A DNA stretch of 64,000 bases, taken from NCBI GenBank assembly GCA_022447545.1, contig JAKVBI010000022.1, positions 30,903 to 94,902 on the forward strand, read 5' to 3'. The position numbers were made by a program, and so were the translations under genes. Source of the DNA: Myxococcota bacterium. Its GTDB lineage: Bacteria; Myxococcota_A; UBA9160; SMWR01. The notes beneath the pieces were generated by a model. That model saw nothing but the letters and a program-made list of their open reading frames with translations, ran no database searches and was not told the DNA's origin. Positions 9,393-18,447 of the stretch are shown here, piece after piece. Position 1 is the first letter of the stretch, and each line of letters begins with the position of its first letter.

Positions 9393-10337
9393 ATGGATGG
9401 AAGCGTCGAGGGGCGAATGGATCCGAAGGGAATGGATCCGAAAGAGTTGGAGGAGTTGGCGCGGCCCCCGGGAGAGCAGATTGCTCGCGCGCTCGAAACC
9501 TCCGAGCCCGAGGCGCTCGGCCTTTTCGATCGATTGGTGGGCGGGTATCAGTCCTTCATCGAGGGCTTCCATGTCTGGGTCGCGTCGATTCAGGGGTTTC
9601 TCTATGAGCGGTTTGGTCCCGAAGGACTGGCGTTGACGGCGACTTTGGAGGCTCGGCTGGCAGCGGCCCGGCCGACGAATCACCAACTCGCGGCGATGGG
9701 TGCGAATTTTCAGCGCGAGCGGCGGGAATTCGAGCAGCAGTTCCTGGCCGGAGAGACGGTTGCCGCTCAGTCAGTCTTCGACTCGTTGGAGGCGCGGTTG
9801 CGTGGGTCCCACGACTACCACCTCGACCGTGTCTCGCTGTATCTCTCCCATGTGTATCGTGAATACGGGATCGAATGTCTCGAAGAGAGTCTGCGTTACA
9901 GCGGGGAGCGCACCCTGTTGCGATGGATGCCGAAAGATCTGTCGCGCGAACCCGAGAAGCGTCTCCGTACCTGGGCCAGCATGCTTCTGGGCAACTTTGC
10001 GACCCTTCGAATCGAAGAGGACGACCAGAAGTTCAGTCTCATCCAGGATCCCTGTGGCACGTGTACCCGCCAACTGCGCTCGGGAGCCTACGCACCCCCT
10101 CTGGATCTGGCGCTGGTGCGAGAGTCGCACCCCATCACCTACGGCCAAGGGGATCTGCCGGTGTATCGATGCCACGTTGCCGTCATGCACTTCCTGATGC
10201 CCATCGAACGGGAGGGTGTGCCCTGGCCCGTCGTCGAGTGCCCGAGAGGGCAGGGTGAGGGGCCCTGCCGGATTCTTTTGTACAAAGACCCCAGCAGGAC
10301 GCCGGCCCGTCATGGGGCTCGCGTGGGTCTTGGGTGA
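9393..10337 (+). CDS. Hypothetical cytoplasmic Cys/His-rich protein
   Basis: GGAG SD before ATG 9393; motifs DPCGTC, YRCH..MH and ECP..GPC..LYKDP. Confidence 0.7.
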   Translation: MDGSVEGRMDPKGMDPKELEELARPPGEQIARALETSEPEALGLFDRLVGGYQSFIEGFHVWVASIQGFLYERFGPEGLALTATLEARLAAARPTNHQLAAMGANFQRERREFEQQFLAGETVAAQSVFDSLEARLRGSHDYHLDRVSLYLSHVYREYGIECLEESLRYSGERTLLRWMPKDLSREPEKRLRTWASMLLGNFATLRIEEDDQKFSLIQDPCGTCTRQLRSGAYAPPLDLALVRESHPITYGQGDLPVYRCHVAVMHFLMPIEREGVPWPVVECPRGQGEGPCRILLYKDPSRTPARHGARVGLG

Positions 10338-10360
10338 AGGACCCGATGGCACAGGGGTTG

Positions 10361-10380
10361 AACCCTCGATAGGGTTTTCT
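10361..10380 (+). terminator. Possible weak intrinsic terminator
   Basis: AACCCT-cgat-AGGGTT hairpin followed by TTCT, 23 nt after the stop of 9393..10337. Confidence 0.3.
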
Positions 10381-10468
10381 GGAGGGCCAGAACTTCGATC
10401 TCGGATTTCGGTCCCGAGAGGCGTTGCTCCTGTCTTACTGTCGACCGTGACCTCACGGAGATCTCGGT

Positions 10469-11593
10469 ATGCGCCGACTGCTATTGGAATCGACTTTCAG
10501 GATGTCGTTGACCTTCTCGTGGGTTGGGTCGACCCCACCGTGGGTTCTCGTGGGGCTGATGCCTTGGGTGGCGTTCGCGCTGGCCCTGGGGGGGGCACCG
10601 TTGAGATCCGAGGCGCAGAACCTGGAGGTGTCTAGAGATCCAGGGGTTCGGACCTTTCCGTCCGGGGTCGAATCCACCGGGCCCCGCAGCGCTGAAATAC
10701 GGACGACTTCCGCCTGGCTCGCCCCGCGTTTTCAGCGGAAGATCGAAGAGGCTGAGAAGTGGATCGGTGAACGCCGTTTCGCGCAAGTCGATCGTCTGCT
10801 CGAAGATCTCGAGGGGGGGAGATTGGATGTCTATGAGCGTGTGGCGATCGAGCAGGTGCGTGCGATTTCATTCGTCCATCGGCGCAGGTTGACGGAAGCT
10901 GTCGAGAGTTACCGAAGGGCGCTCGGGTACATCGAGTTGGATCTGGCAACACGCCGGCATCTGAGTTCGAATCTGGGGCAGGTGCTGGTCACAAGCCGAC
11001 GCTTCGTCGAGGCGGTTTCAGTGCTCGAGCCAATCGCTCTCAATGCTCCTTTGGGTGGCGATCCGTCGACTCTTCTGGCCCTCGCTCATGCTTACGCGGG
11101 AACGGATCGAGAGGGCGAAGCGGTTAGAGTTGCGGAGGCGGCCATGGAGTCGTCCGGCGGGGTGGCCCGTGAACCTCTGCGTCTGATCACGGCCATTCAT
11201 CTACAGCGGGCTGATTTGGAACGTGCGTCTGAGACCGCGTCGGAACTCGTGCGACACTTTCCCGACCAGGCGGCCTGGCTTCAACTCGCGGCGATATACG
11301 GCCGCCAGGGAAAACATTCCGAAGCGCTCGCAGCCCTCGACACCGCCTACGAGGAGGGAATGATCACGGAGGAACGTCCGATTCTTTTGCTCGCGCGAAT
11401 GATGCTGGGGCAGAACCCCGCACGAGCTGCGGTGATCCTCGATCAGGCGTTGGTGAAGGGTGCGATTTCTCCCGAGGGAGAAGGCGGGCGTTTGCGGGCT
11501 GAAGCGTGGAAGGCCGCGGGTCGGCCCGAGTTGGCTCTTGGGTCTTCGAGTGGGGACGAGGAATCGGGGCGTCACGCTTCGGGCAGGCCGTGA
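10469..11593 (+). CDS. Periplasmic TPR-repeat protein
   Basis: GGAG SD; N-terminal hydrophobic segment; TPR-like helices (NLGQVLV, WLQLAAIYGRQGKHSEALAAL). Confidence 0.75.
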   Translation: MRRLLLESTFRMSLTFSWVGSTPPWVLVGLMPWVAFALALGGAPLRSEAQNLEVSRDPGVRTFPSGVESTGPRSAEIRTTSAWLAPRFQRKIEEAEKWIGERRFAQVDRLLEDLEGGRLDVYERVAIEQVRAISFVHRRRLTEAVESYRRALGYIELDLATRRHLSSNLGQVLVTSRRFVEAVSVLEPIALNAPLGGDPSTLLALAHAYAGTDREGEAVRVAEAAMESSGGVAREPLRLITAIHLQRADLERASETASELVRHFPDQAAWLQLAAIYGRQGKHSEALAALDTAYEEGMITEERPILLLARMMLGQNPARAAVILDQALVKGAISPEGEGGRLRAEAWKAAGRPELALGSSSGDEESGRHASGRP

Positions 11594-11634
11594 AGGGGAC
11601 TCGCCGCAGGGGACGACGAGGATTCGCGGGTGGC

Positions 11635-12234
11635 TCAACTTGGAAACGCGTCCACTTGCCGGACCTGTTCGTCATCGGCCTCACGCCCAACTCGACGAGC
11701 CCAGTTCACCCACATCGTCACCACGGCCACGATCAGGATTCCTGGCCAGATGACCAGGTGGGCGGTGTGAAAGGTGTCCTCTGAGTATTGGGCACCGATG
11801 ATGTACAGGCTCACGACCCGAATGAAGTTCACTGCCTGGAGCAGTGCGATGTTGGTCAGGATCCCCACGGCCTTGCTACGCCAGGGGGCGGGGAACGCGA
11901 GGATGGCCGAAGCCAGGAGTGTGCAGAGTTGGACGGCATCGCATTCGGGCGCAATGTCGACCATGAAATGACCGTTCCAGATGGATGTCCCGAGTACATC
12001 GACCTCCTGGCCCAAGAGGTTCAGGATTGCGCCGCTGACGATGGCGATGCCCTCCAGGTAGACCTCCAGCATTGGGCTGCCCAGAAGAATGGCGTAGTAG
12101 AACAACTCGCTACTGATCCCGAGGAAGGCGAAGATCAGAGCGAACCGCAACCAGGGGTCCATGCGACGAGGAGGCTCGGCTGCCGTTTCCTGATCGGACC
12201 CAGGGGGCGGGGGATCGGTTTCCGGATTCTTCAA
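11635..12234 (-). CDS. xrtH: Exosortase/archaeosortase-family transpeptidase (exosortase H-like)
   Basis: Cys (DIAPECDAV), Arg (NFIRVVSL) and His (AHLVIW) triad in a small polytopic protein; TTGA overlap with the upstream gene. Confidence 0.8.
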   Translation of the reverse strand: MKNPETDPPPPGSDQETAAEPPRRMDPWLRFALIFAFLGISSELFYYAILLGSPMLEVYLEGIAIVSGAILNLLGQEVDVLGTSIWNGHFMVDIAPECDAVQLCTLLASAILAFPAPWRSKAVGILTNIALLQAVNFIRVVSLYIIGAQYSEDTFHTAHLVIWPGILIVAVVTMWVNWARRVGREADDEQVRQVDAFPS

Positions 12235-13832
12235 GGGGTCCTTCCGGGAACGTTCTCGTCAGAGGCTTCGGGCGGCACGGTCTGGCGGATCTTGGCTGTG
12301 TCGGGATGCGGTATGAAGCGCACGCCATTCACACCCGAATGCAGCAGCCAAAGAGTGTGGTCCGGGAAGTGGTTGGCGATTTCACGGTTTGCATCCTCGC
12401 CGAGATCCAACGCCCAGACCATTCTCGCACCGTCGATGTCAGCATCGTTCCGAGTCCAATCGTATTCGACGTGGTGCCCCTGGGCGTAGTGCGCGAGGGC
12501 CAGGTGGCTCCCGGGATTTGAGAGGGCGATGTCCTCGAGATAATTCTTTTCGTAGGTGGGGCGGAGTTGGAGTTCGATAGAGTGGTCATCATATCGATCC
12601 AGCATGGCATTCCACGACCAGGCGATGAGGCCCGTGATGACGATCAGGCCCAGGGGGACGGGACCTGCTCGGAAACTTCCAATACGCGCCGTAGATGCGA
12701 GGAGCACGACGAGCCCCAGAGGAACGAAAGGTCCCAGGAATTCGGTTCGCTCGAAGGTCTGGGCTGCAAGACCTGCTCCGAACAGGAGGAGCGAGGCGCA
12801 CGCGAAACGGACGTCGGGGTCGCGCATGCACCAGGGGAGACCCAGTAGGAGTAGGAGAAGAGGAAACGGCAACAAGAAATTGCCGTAGAGCTTTGCCTTC
12901 TCCGCGAGTCCGCCCAGGAAGCCCACCAGGTCCTGCCGATCGGTATAGGGTTTTGTGAATCGCGTGTCCTTGGAGTAGAGAATTTCCAGCGAGATGTTGG
13001 GGTAGTCCTTCGCGGGGGGGCGCTCCATGAACAGCAGGTCTGGAACCGACGCGTAGGTTTCGTTGTAGAGCGAACGAGGGGATTGGAGCGGGTCTTCGGT
13101 GGTGCGCCAGTTGAAGTACCCGGTGAAAGTGACCGTCGCGAGGAGCAGGAGGAGCGTGGGTAGAAGCTTGTTGAGAGTGAGCTTGTTCGCGCCAGCCGAC
13201 GGGGGACGAATTCCATCGCGCAAGAGAATCCAGGCGGCGGGGACGCAGGCCAAGAGGCCCTCGTAGGGCCATGACAGCCATAGGATCGCGGCGCCCAGTC
13301 CGAGAACCCAGGCGTGGGCAGAATGGGGCGCCTTGCGAAGGCGGAAGGTGGCGCCGTACACGAGGGCGGCGCCCAGCATGCCCAGGGATGCGCCGGTGTA
13401 GCCAATTCCCCAATCGATGAGGAGATTGGGATGGGTTGTCAACACCATGGACCCCAGGAACGAGTATCCGGCCGAGATTCCTCGGATCGCGCTCAACATC
13501 CACCACACGCTCACACAGGCCAGCGCGAAGGTCAGGATGCTGGCGCGTCCGGGGTCCCCGAGCGCGTTGCCCGCGAGAGCGACCAGGGCCGGCAACGGCG
13601 TGGCAATGGAGACGTACTTGGGTTGGACGAGTTGGTAGGGGCGCTCGAAGTACGTTGGCAGGGCGGGGGGTGGGTTGGCGAGCCGACCGTTGGAAAACGT
13701 GTCGGCGGCGAGTAGTACGCTGAAGTCTTCGAGAGTCGTCGGGCGGGGCTCGATCCAGAGAAAGGCCCAGTAGCAACTCGTGACGGCCATCAGCAGCACG
13801 AGGATCGGTTGTTCGATCCGTAAACGTGTCAC
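12231..13832 (-). CDS. Polytopic membrane protein, putative GT-C (ArnT/PMT-like) glycosyltransferase
   Basis: Acidic first-loop motif LEDFSVLLAADTF..GRLANP; about 10 hydrophobic helices; SWPYEG; C-terminal periplasmic domain. Confidence 0.6.
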   Translation of the reverse strand: MTRLRIEQPILVLLMAVTSCYWAFLWIEPRPTTLEDFSVLLAADTFSNGRLANPPPALPTYFERPYQLVQPKYVSIATPLPALVALAGNALGDPGRASILTFALACVSVWWMLSAIRGISAGYSFLGSMVLTTHPNLLIDWGIGYTGASLGMLGAALVYGATFRLRKAPHSAHAWVLGLGAAILWLSWPYEGLLACVPAAWILLRDGIRPPSAGANKLTLNKLLPTLLLLLATVTFTGYFNWRTTEDPLQSPRSLYNETYASVPDLLFMERPPAKDYPNISLEILYSKDTRFTKPYTDRQDLVGFLGGLAEKAKLYGNFLLPFPLLLLLLGLPWCMRDPDVRFACASLLLFGAGLAAQTFERTEFLGPFVPLGLVVLLASTARIGSFRAGPVPLGLIVITGLIAWSWNAMLDRYDDHSIELQLRPTYEKNYLEDIALSNPGSHLALAHYAQGHHVEYDWTRNDADIDGARMVWALDLGEDANREIANHFPDHTLWLLHSGVNGVRFIPHPDTAKIRQTVPPEASDENVPGRTP

Positions 13833-13886
13833 CGTTCAGAGGTCTCTATCGTGTGGTCGAGTCTCAAAGGGCCAGTTCCGAGTCGA

Positions 13887-13892
13887 ATTATA
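13887..13892 (-). promoter_or_regulatory. Consensus -10 TATAAT upstream of the GT-C/exosortase operon
   Basis: Perfect TATAAT on the minus strand, 54 nt before GTG 13832; no clear -35. Confidence 0.55.
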
Positions 13893-13994
13893 TCCCACCC
13901 ATTCCCGATGGTCCCGGGTTCGTTCCCGCGGCTGGCCTCGGGTGGGTTGGGTGGAAAATCATGAGAAGGCAGCGTGTACGCAACTGCTGGTCGG

Positions 13995-15389
13995 TCAGAA
14001 CTGGAAGTAGATGAATGGCTGCGAGTGAATGGGGTCGAAAGCGAAGGCCAGCCCAAAGAGCACCCCGTAGAGCACCGCGAATCCGACTGCGGGGATCTGC
14101 CTCCATGCGTCCCGGATTGGAAGCTTTTGAGTTGCGATTTGAGCAAGGGCCAATGCCCCAAGGACAAAGAACACGTGGGGATCGGCCGATTGCGAGCCCG
14201 GAGATTCAAACAGCACAAAGCTGCGACAAATCTCGAGTGCTGTGGCGAGGTTTGTTGCCCGAAAGAAGATCCAGGCCACGCAGACCCACCAGAACGTCAA
14301 TGCGAGGCCGAGGATTTCGGGAAGTCTGCCCTCGCCGACATGGCGCTTCCACTCCCGGTGAACGATCAAAGCGAATCCGTGCAGCAAGCCCCAGATCAGA
14401 AAGTTTCCCGAGGCGCCGTGCCACAGTCCCCCCAGCACCATGGTGATGAGGAGGTTGCGATAGGTCGTGAGGCGTGGGCCTCGGCTGCCGCCCAGCGGGA
14501 TGAATAGGTAGTCCCGAAGCCAACTCGACAGGCTGATGTGCCAGTGCCGCCAGAAACTTGCAATGTTGGTGGTCAGGTACGGGGCTCGAAAGTTGGCCCC
14601 CAGCCGATAGCCGAGGAGCCCCGCCGACGCGATGGCCATGTCCGAGTAGCCCGAGAAGTCACAGTAGATCTGCACCGCGTAGGAGAGCGCGGCCAGCCAG
14701 GCTCCCGATGCGTCCCAGGCGGAGGGGTTGGCGAAGTAGGTGTCTACGAAGGGTGAGAGATTGTCGGAGATGCAGGCTTTCTTGACAAACCCGACCAGGA
14801 ACAAAACGAGGCATGCCCGCAGGGGAACGTCGAGAGGGCTTCTCGGGGTCGTGAGTTGGGGGAGAAAGTTGGCGGCTCGTACAATGGGGCCCGCAACGAG
14901 TTGGGGGAAGAAGCCGACGAACAGCGCCAGATCGAGAAAGTCACGGGTTGGACGAAGGGTGCCCCGATGGATGTCGAGGGTGTAACTCATGGATTGGAAG
15001 GTGTAGAAGCTGATGCCCACTGGCAGGACCAGATCGAGGGTCGTGTGGCTGAGGGGGAGCCCGAGCCACCGCCCGAGTTCCACCGCCGATTGGCCGAAGA
15101 AATCGTAGTACTTGAAGATCCCCAGCATGCCGAGATTGACGACAAGGCTCGTGACCAGCCAGGCTCGCTGGGTTCGAGGGGATCGCGCCGTGGCGATGCC
15201 GAGCCCTGCCGCGTAGTCGACCGCTGTCGAGAGCAGGATGAGCGCCAGGAATCGCCAATCCCAGGCCGCGTAGAAGGCGTAGCTCGCGGCGAGTAACCAG
15301 AGCTTTCGCGCTCGAGTTCGCTTGAGGCTCCAGTGGACGGCTAGGACCACAGCCAGGAATAAGAGAAAACGCATTTCGACAAAGAGCAC
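13995..15389 (-). CDS. MBOAT O-acyltransferase (AlgI/PatA-like)
   Basis: LPVGISFYTFQ, FFPQLVAGPI, QIYCDFSGYSD, FWRHWHISLSSWLRDYL and GLWHGA. Confidence 0.95.
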   Translation of the reverse strand: MLFVEMRFLLFLAVVLAVHWSLKRTRARKLWLLAASYAFYAAWDWRFLALILLSTAVDYAAGLGIATARSPRTQRAWLVTSLVVNLGMLGIFKYYDFFGQSAVELGRWLGLPLSHTTLDLVLPVGISFYTFQSMSYTLDIHRGTLRPTRDFLDLALFVGFFPQLVAGPIVRAANFLPQLTTPRSPLDVPLRACLVLFLVGFVKKACISDNLSPFVDTYFANPSAWDASGAWLAALSYAVQIYCDFSGYSDMAIASAGLLGYRLGANFRAPYLTTNIASFWRHWHISLSSWLRDYLFIPLGGSRGPRLTTYRNLLITMVLGGLWHGASGNFLIWGLLHGFALIVHREWKRHVGEGRLPEILGLALTFWWVCVAWIFFRATNLATALEICRSFVLFESPGSQSADPHVFFVLGALALAQIATQKLPIRDAWRQIPAVGFAVLYGVLFGLAFAFDPIHSQPFIYFQF

Positions 15390-16478
15390 CTAGTGGGCTC
15401 CTGTCTTGGTCCGCCGAACGAACATTCGTGCGAGTTGTCTGGAGAAGTGGTGGGCCCCCTGACGGTTGAGATGGGTCCGGTCGGAGAAGTAGCGAGGGTT
15501 CTTGCCGTCGGGGCTCTCCAGGGGATCCTCGAGGTCGAGTAGGGTTCCGGGCAACTGCCCCGACGCGAAAGTCGTGCGGAAGGGTTCGCTCTTGGAAACT
15601 CCAAAAAATGGCATGATCACCCAGGAAATCTCTGCACCATCGGGCACTCCCTCGGCAATGGCTCGGAAACGAGATGTGGCGGCCTTGGGAAGGGGGGATT
15701 TGTCCACCGCCGTGAAGTCGCTCGATACGATGCCTTCTCGCATGCTTTCGATCAGTTTCTGAAAGGCGCCCCTTCGGATCGCAATCTCGTTCGGGTAGGC
15801 GTCCTCGATGGCCACGAACCCCTGGCCCTCGTCGAGGGGGGTTCTCGAAGCAGGAATGGAAGCGGTGGAACGCGCGAGTTCTCCCGCGGCCACGGCATGG
15901 TAAGCGGCTGCGAGGAGATGGTTGGCCATGGACGTCAGTTTGTCGTCGAAATCGAGTCTTGACGAGGCGAGCAGTCGTAGGACCTGAAGGGTGTTGGCCG
16001 AATCGTGAACGGCGACGACACGGGCTGTCGTGACGTTCTCGTAGTCGAGCCAAACACGGGTATTGGGCTCGACGATCACCCAGCGTAATGAGGCTGGGGC
16101 GTCTTTCAGATAAGCCTCGAGAAAGCGCTGCCCATCTGCGAAAGTCAGGCCGGGGATTCCGGCATTGAAGGAGCGGGTGGGTGCGCCGAGGCGTGCGGTT
16201 TCTGCATCGAAGACTCGGGGGTCGATGCCTCGATAGAGCGAACTGGTGCCGAATAGGAGCACGTCGAACTCGGCGGCGTTCTCCTTCCAGAAGGTCAGCT
16301 TGTCGCTCAGTTGCCGCACCTGTGGCAGGGGGCTGCTCTGCTGCACTCCGGAGCGGACCAGACTCGTCGTCGCGAGCAAGCTGGTGACGCAGAGCAGGGC
16401 GTAGAGGCACAACTGCCTTGCAGAGGCACGGGTAGCCCCCTCTCCTTGAGGCGGCAGGGGCTCCGGGGTGCGCGTCAT
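15390..16478 (-). CDS. SGNH-like periplasmic protein (AlgJ/PatB/DltD-like partner of the MBOAT)
   Basis: N-terminal TM; LLFGTSS (block I) and DRTHLN (DxxH); TAG stop directly abuts the MBOAT GTG. Confidence 0.7.
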   Translation of the reverse strand: MTRTPEPLPPQGEGATRASARQLCLYALLCVTSLLATTSLVRSGVQQSSPLPQVRQLSDKLTFWKENAAEFDVLLFGTSSLYRGIDPRVFDAETARLGAPTRSFNAGIPGLTFADGQRFLEAYLKDAPASLRWVIVEPNTRVWLDYENVTTARVVAVHDSANTLQVLRLLASSRLDFDDKLTSMANHLLAAAYHAVAAGELARSTASIPASRTPLDEGQGFVAIEDAYPNEIAIRRGAFQKLIESMREGIVSSDFTAVDKSPLPKAATSRFRAIAEGVPDGAEISWVIMPFFGVSKSEPFRTTFASGQLPGTLLDLEDPLESPDGKNPRYFSDRTHLNRQGAHHFSRQLARMFVRRTKTGAH

Positions 16479-16594
16479 GCGGGGCGCTCGAGCGGCATGG
16501 GACGTGTGATAGGTTAGAAGTCGGTGGGAGGGAAGTCGAATGGCCGCGACGTTGCGGCGCTGTGTGGGGCTGCTACGAATCCTCGCAACGAGCC

Positions 16595-17797
16595 ATGAGG
16601 GACTCCGGAACGCCGTCTTCGATGCAAACGAGTGAATCTGCGGCGATCGAACTGTCGATCGTGATGCCGTGCCTCAATGAGGCAGACACCCTGGAAGTCT
16701 GCATCGAGAAGGCGCAGAGGTCCCTGCGAGAGCTGGGAATCCAGGGCGAGGTCGTTGTTGCCGACAATGGGAGCGACGATGGTTCGCCCGAGATTGCCGA
16801 ACGCTGTGGCGCGCGGGTCGTCCGAGTCGCAGAGCGAGGATACGGGAGCGCTTTGATGGGAGGCATCGAGGCCTCTCGTGGTCGGTACATCCTCATGGGG
16901 GATGCCGATGACAGCTACGATTTTCTCGAAATCGAGGGGTTCGTCGAGAAATTGCGCCAGGGAAATGACCTGGTTCAGGGGTGTCGGTTGCCGGGCGGCG
17001 GAGGTCGAATCGTCTCGGGAGCGATGCCGGTGCTGCATCGATGGTTCGGGAATCCTCTTCTTACGCTCATGGTGCGGTGGATGTTCGGCGCTCCGATTCA
17101 CGACGCCTATTGTGGACTGAGGGCATTCACGAAGAGCCACTACGATCGCCTGGACCAACGGTGTACCGGGATGGAATTCGCGACCGAGATGATCGTGAAG
17201 TCATCGTTGCTGCGCGCGAAGATTGCAGAAGTTCCCATCACCCTGCATCCCGATGGTCGCAGCTCTCATGGCCCTCATCTGCGAACGTTTCGCGACGGCT
17301 GGCGAACGGTCCGATTCTTCCTGATGTATAGCCCGCGATGGCTCTTCCTTTATCCAGGGCTTCTGTTGATCGCATTGGGCGCGTTGGGCTACGCGGTGGC
17401 GCTCCCTGGACTCGAAATCTTCGGTCTGGGCTTCGATGCACACACATTGCTGTTCGCCAGCCTGTTTGTCCTGATGGGTTATCAGTCCGTTCTGTTCGCG
17501 CTGTTGACCAAGACCTTCGCGGTCACAGAAGGCCTGATGCCCGAGGATCCACGTCTCGATCGGTTTTTCGAGATGGCGAAGTTGGAGGCGGGCCTGGTTG
17601 TGGGCCTGGGGGCGTTGTTCTGCGGAGGGGGCCTGTTGGTTGGTGCAGTGGAGCAGTGGAGAGAATCCGGGTTTGGGTCTCTGGACTACGCGCATACCAT
17701 GCGCTGGGTGATTCCAGGGGTGACTTTGGCTGCACTCGGCTTCCAGACGGTTCTCTGGAGCTTCTACGTGAGCATTCTGGGAATGCGACGCCGATGA
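16595..17797 (+). CDS. GT2 glycosyltransferase, polyprenol-phosphate sugar synthase-like, with C-terminal TM helices
   Basis: LSIVMPCLNE, ADNGSDD, MGDADDSYD, GMEFATEM, then hydrophobic helices. Start could be 16562, 16595 or 16622. Confidence 0.9.
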   Translation: MRDSGTPSSMQTSESAAIELSIVMPCLNEADTLEVCIEKAQRSLRELGIQGEVVVADNGSDDGSPEIAERCGARVVRVAERGYGSALMGGIEASRGRYILMGDADDSYDFLEIEGFVEKLRQGNDLVQGCRLPGGGGRIVSGAMPVLHRWFGNPLLTLMVRWMFGAPIHDAYCGLRAFTKSHYDRLDQRCTGMEFATEMIVKSSLLRAKIAEVPITLHPDGRSSHGPHLRTFRDGWRTVRFFLMYSPRWLFLYPGLLLIALGALGYAVALPGLEIFGLGFDAHTLLFASLFVLMGYQSVLFALLTKTFAVTEGLMPEDPRLDRFFEMAKLEAGLVVGLGALFCGGGLLVGAVEQWRESGFGSLDYAHTMRWVIPGVTLAALGFQTVLWSFYVSILGMRRR

Positions 17798-18447
17798 ATT
17801 GGTTTCGCCGTCTCCACGAGCACCACCATAGGACGCGGCGGACTGAAGCATTGACGCGACATCTGAGCCGATTGATCCCACCGGCATCTCGTCTGTTGGA
17901 TGTGGGTTGCGGCGATGGTTTGTTGACGAGTCAACTGGCGGAGCAGTGCGTTGATGTTGCGGTGACCGGGGTGGATGTTCTGATTCGGAAAGATACTCAC
18001 GTTCCGGTGAGCTCTTTCGACGGCGTGTCTCTGCCGTTTTCAGATGGGTCTTTCGATGTGGTGATGATGGTGGATGTCGTCCATCACAGCGACGACCCTT
18101 TTCGGCTGCTCTCCGAGGCGGCGAGGGTCGCCAGCCGCTGCCTCGTTCTGAAGGACCACACTTTGCAGGGTGCGCTGGCGGCACCGACCCTGGCCTACAT
18201 GGATCGATTCTCCAACCTACGTCACGGCGTCGACGTGCCGTGCAACTACTGGACGCCGGAAACCTGGTCCCGCGCGTTCGGCGACCTGCAATTACACGTC
18301 GAAGAATGGGATTCACGGCTCGCTCTCTATCCATGGGGGTCGAGGTGGCTGTTGGAACGTTCGATGCACTTCGTTGCGCGCCTGGGTGTGCGTACAACGG
18401 CAGCGATGCAACTGCCGGACTCCGAGCCATTTGACGCCGCGCTCTGA
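17794..18447 (+). CDS. Class I SAM-dependent methyltransferase
   Basis: LLDVGCGDG and LPFSDGSFDVV..DVVHH; ATG 17794 overlaps the GT2 stop (ATGA). Confidence 0.88.
   Translation: MNWFRRLHEHHHRTRRTEALTRHLSRLIPPASRLLDVGCGDGLLTSQLAEQCVDVAVTGVDVLIRKDTHVPVSSFDGVSLPFSDGSFDVVMMVDVVHHSDDPFRLLSEAARVASRCLVLKDHTLQGALAAPTLAYMDRFSNLRHGVDVPCNYWTPETWSRAFGDLQLHVEEWDSRLALYPWGSRWLLERSMHFVARLGVRTTAAMQLPDSEPFDAAL

Noticed and set aside
7866-9686. Long antisense or alternate-frame ORFs (e.g. 7866..9686-, 14941..16410+, 18473..20023-, 56966..58936-)
   Set aside because: They shadow well-supported genes, are Arg/Pro/Gly-rich and motif-free, as expected in high-GC DNA.
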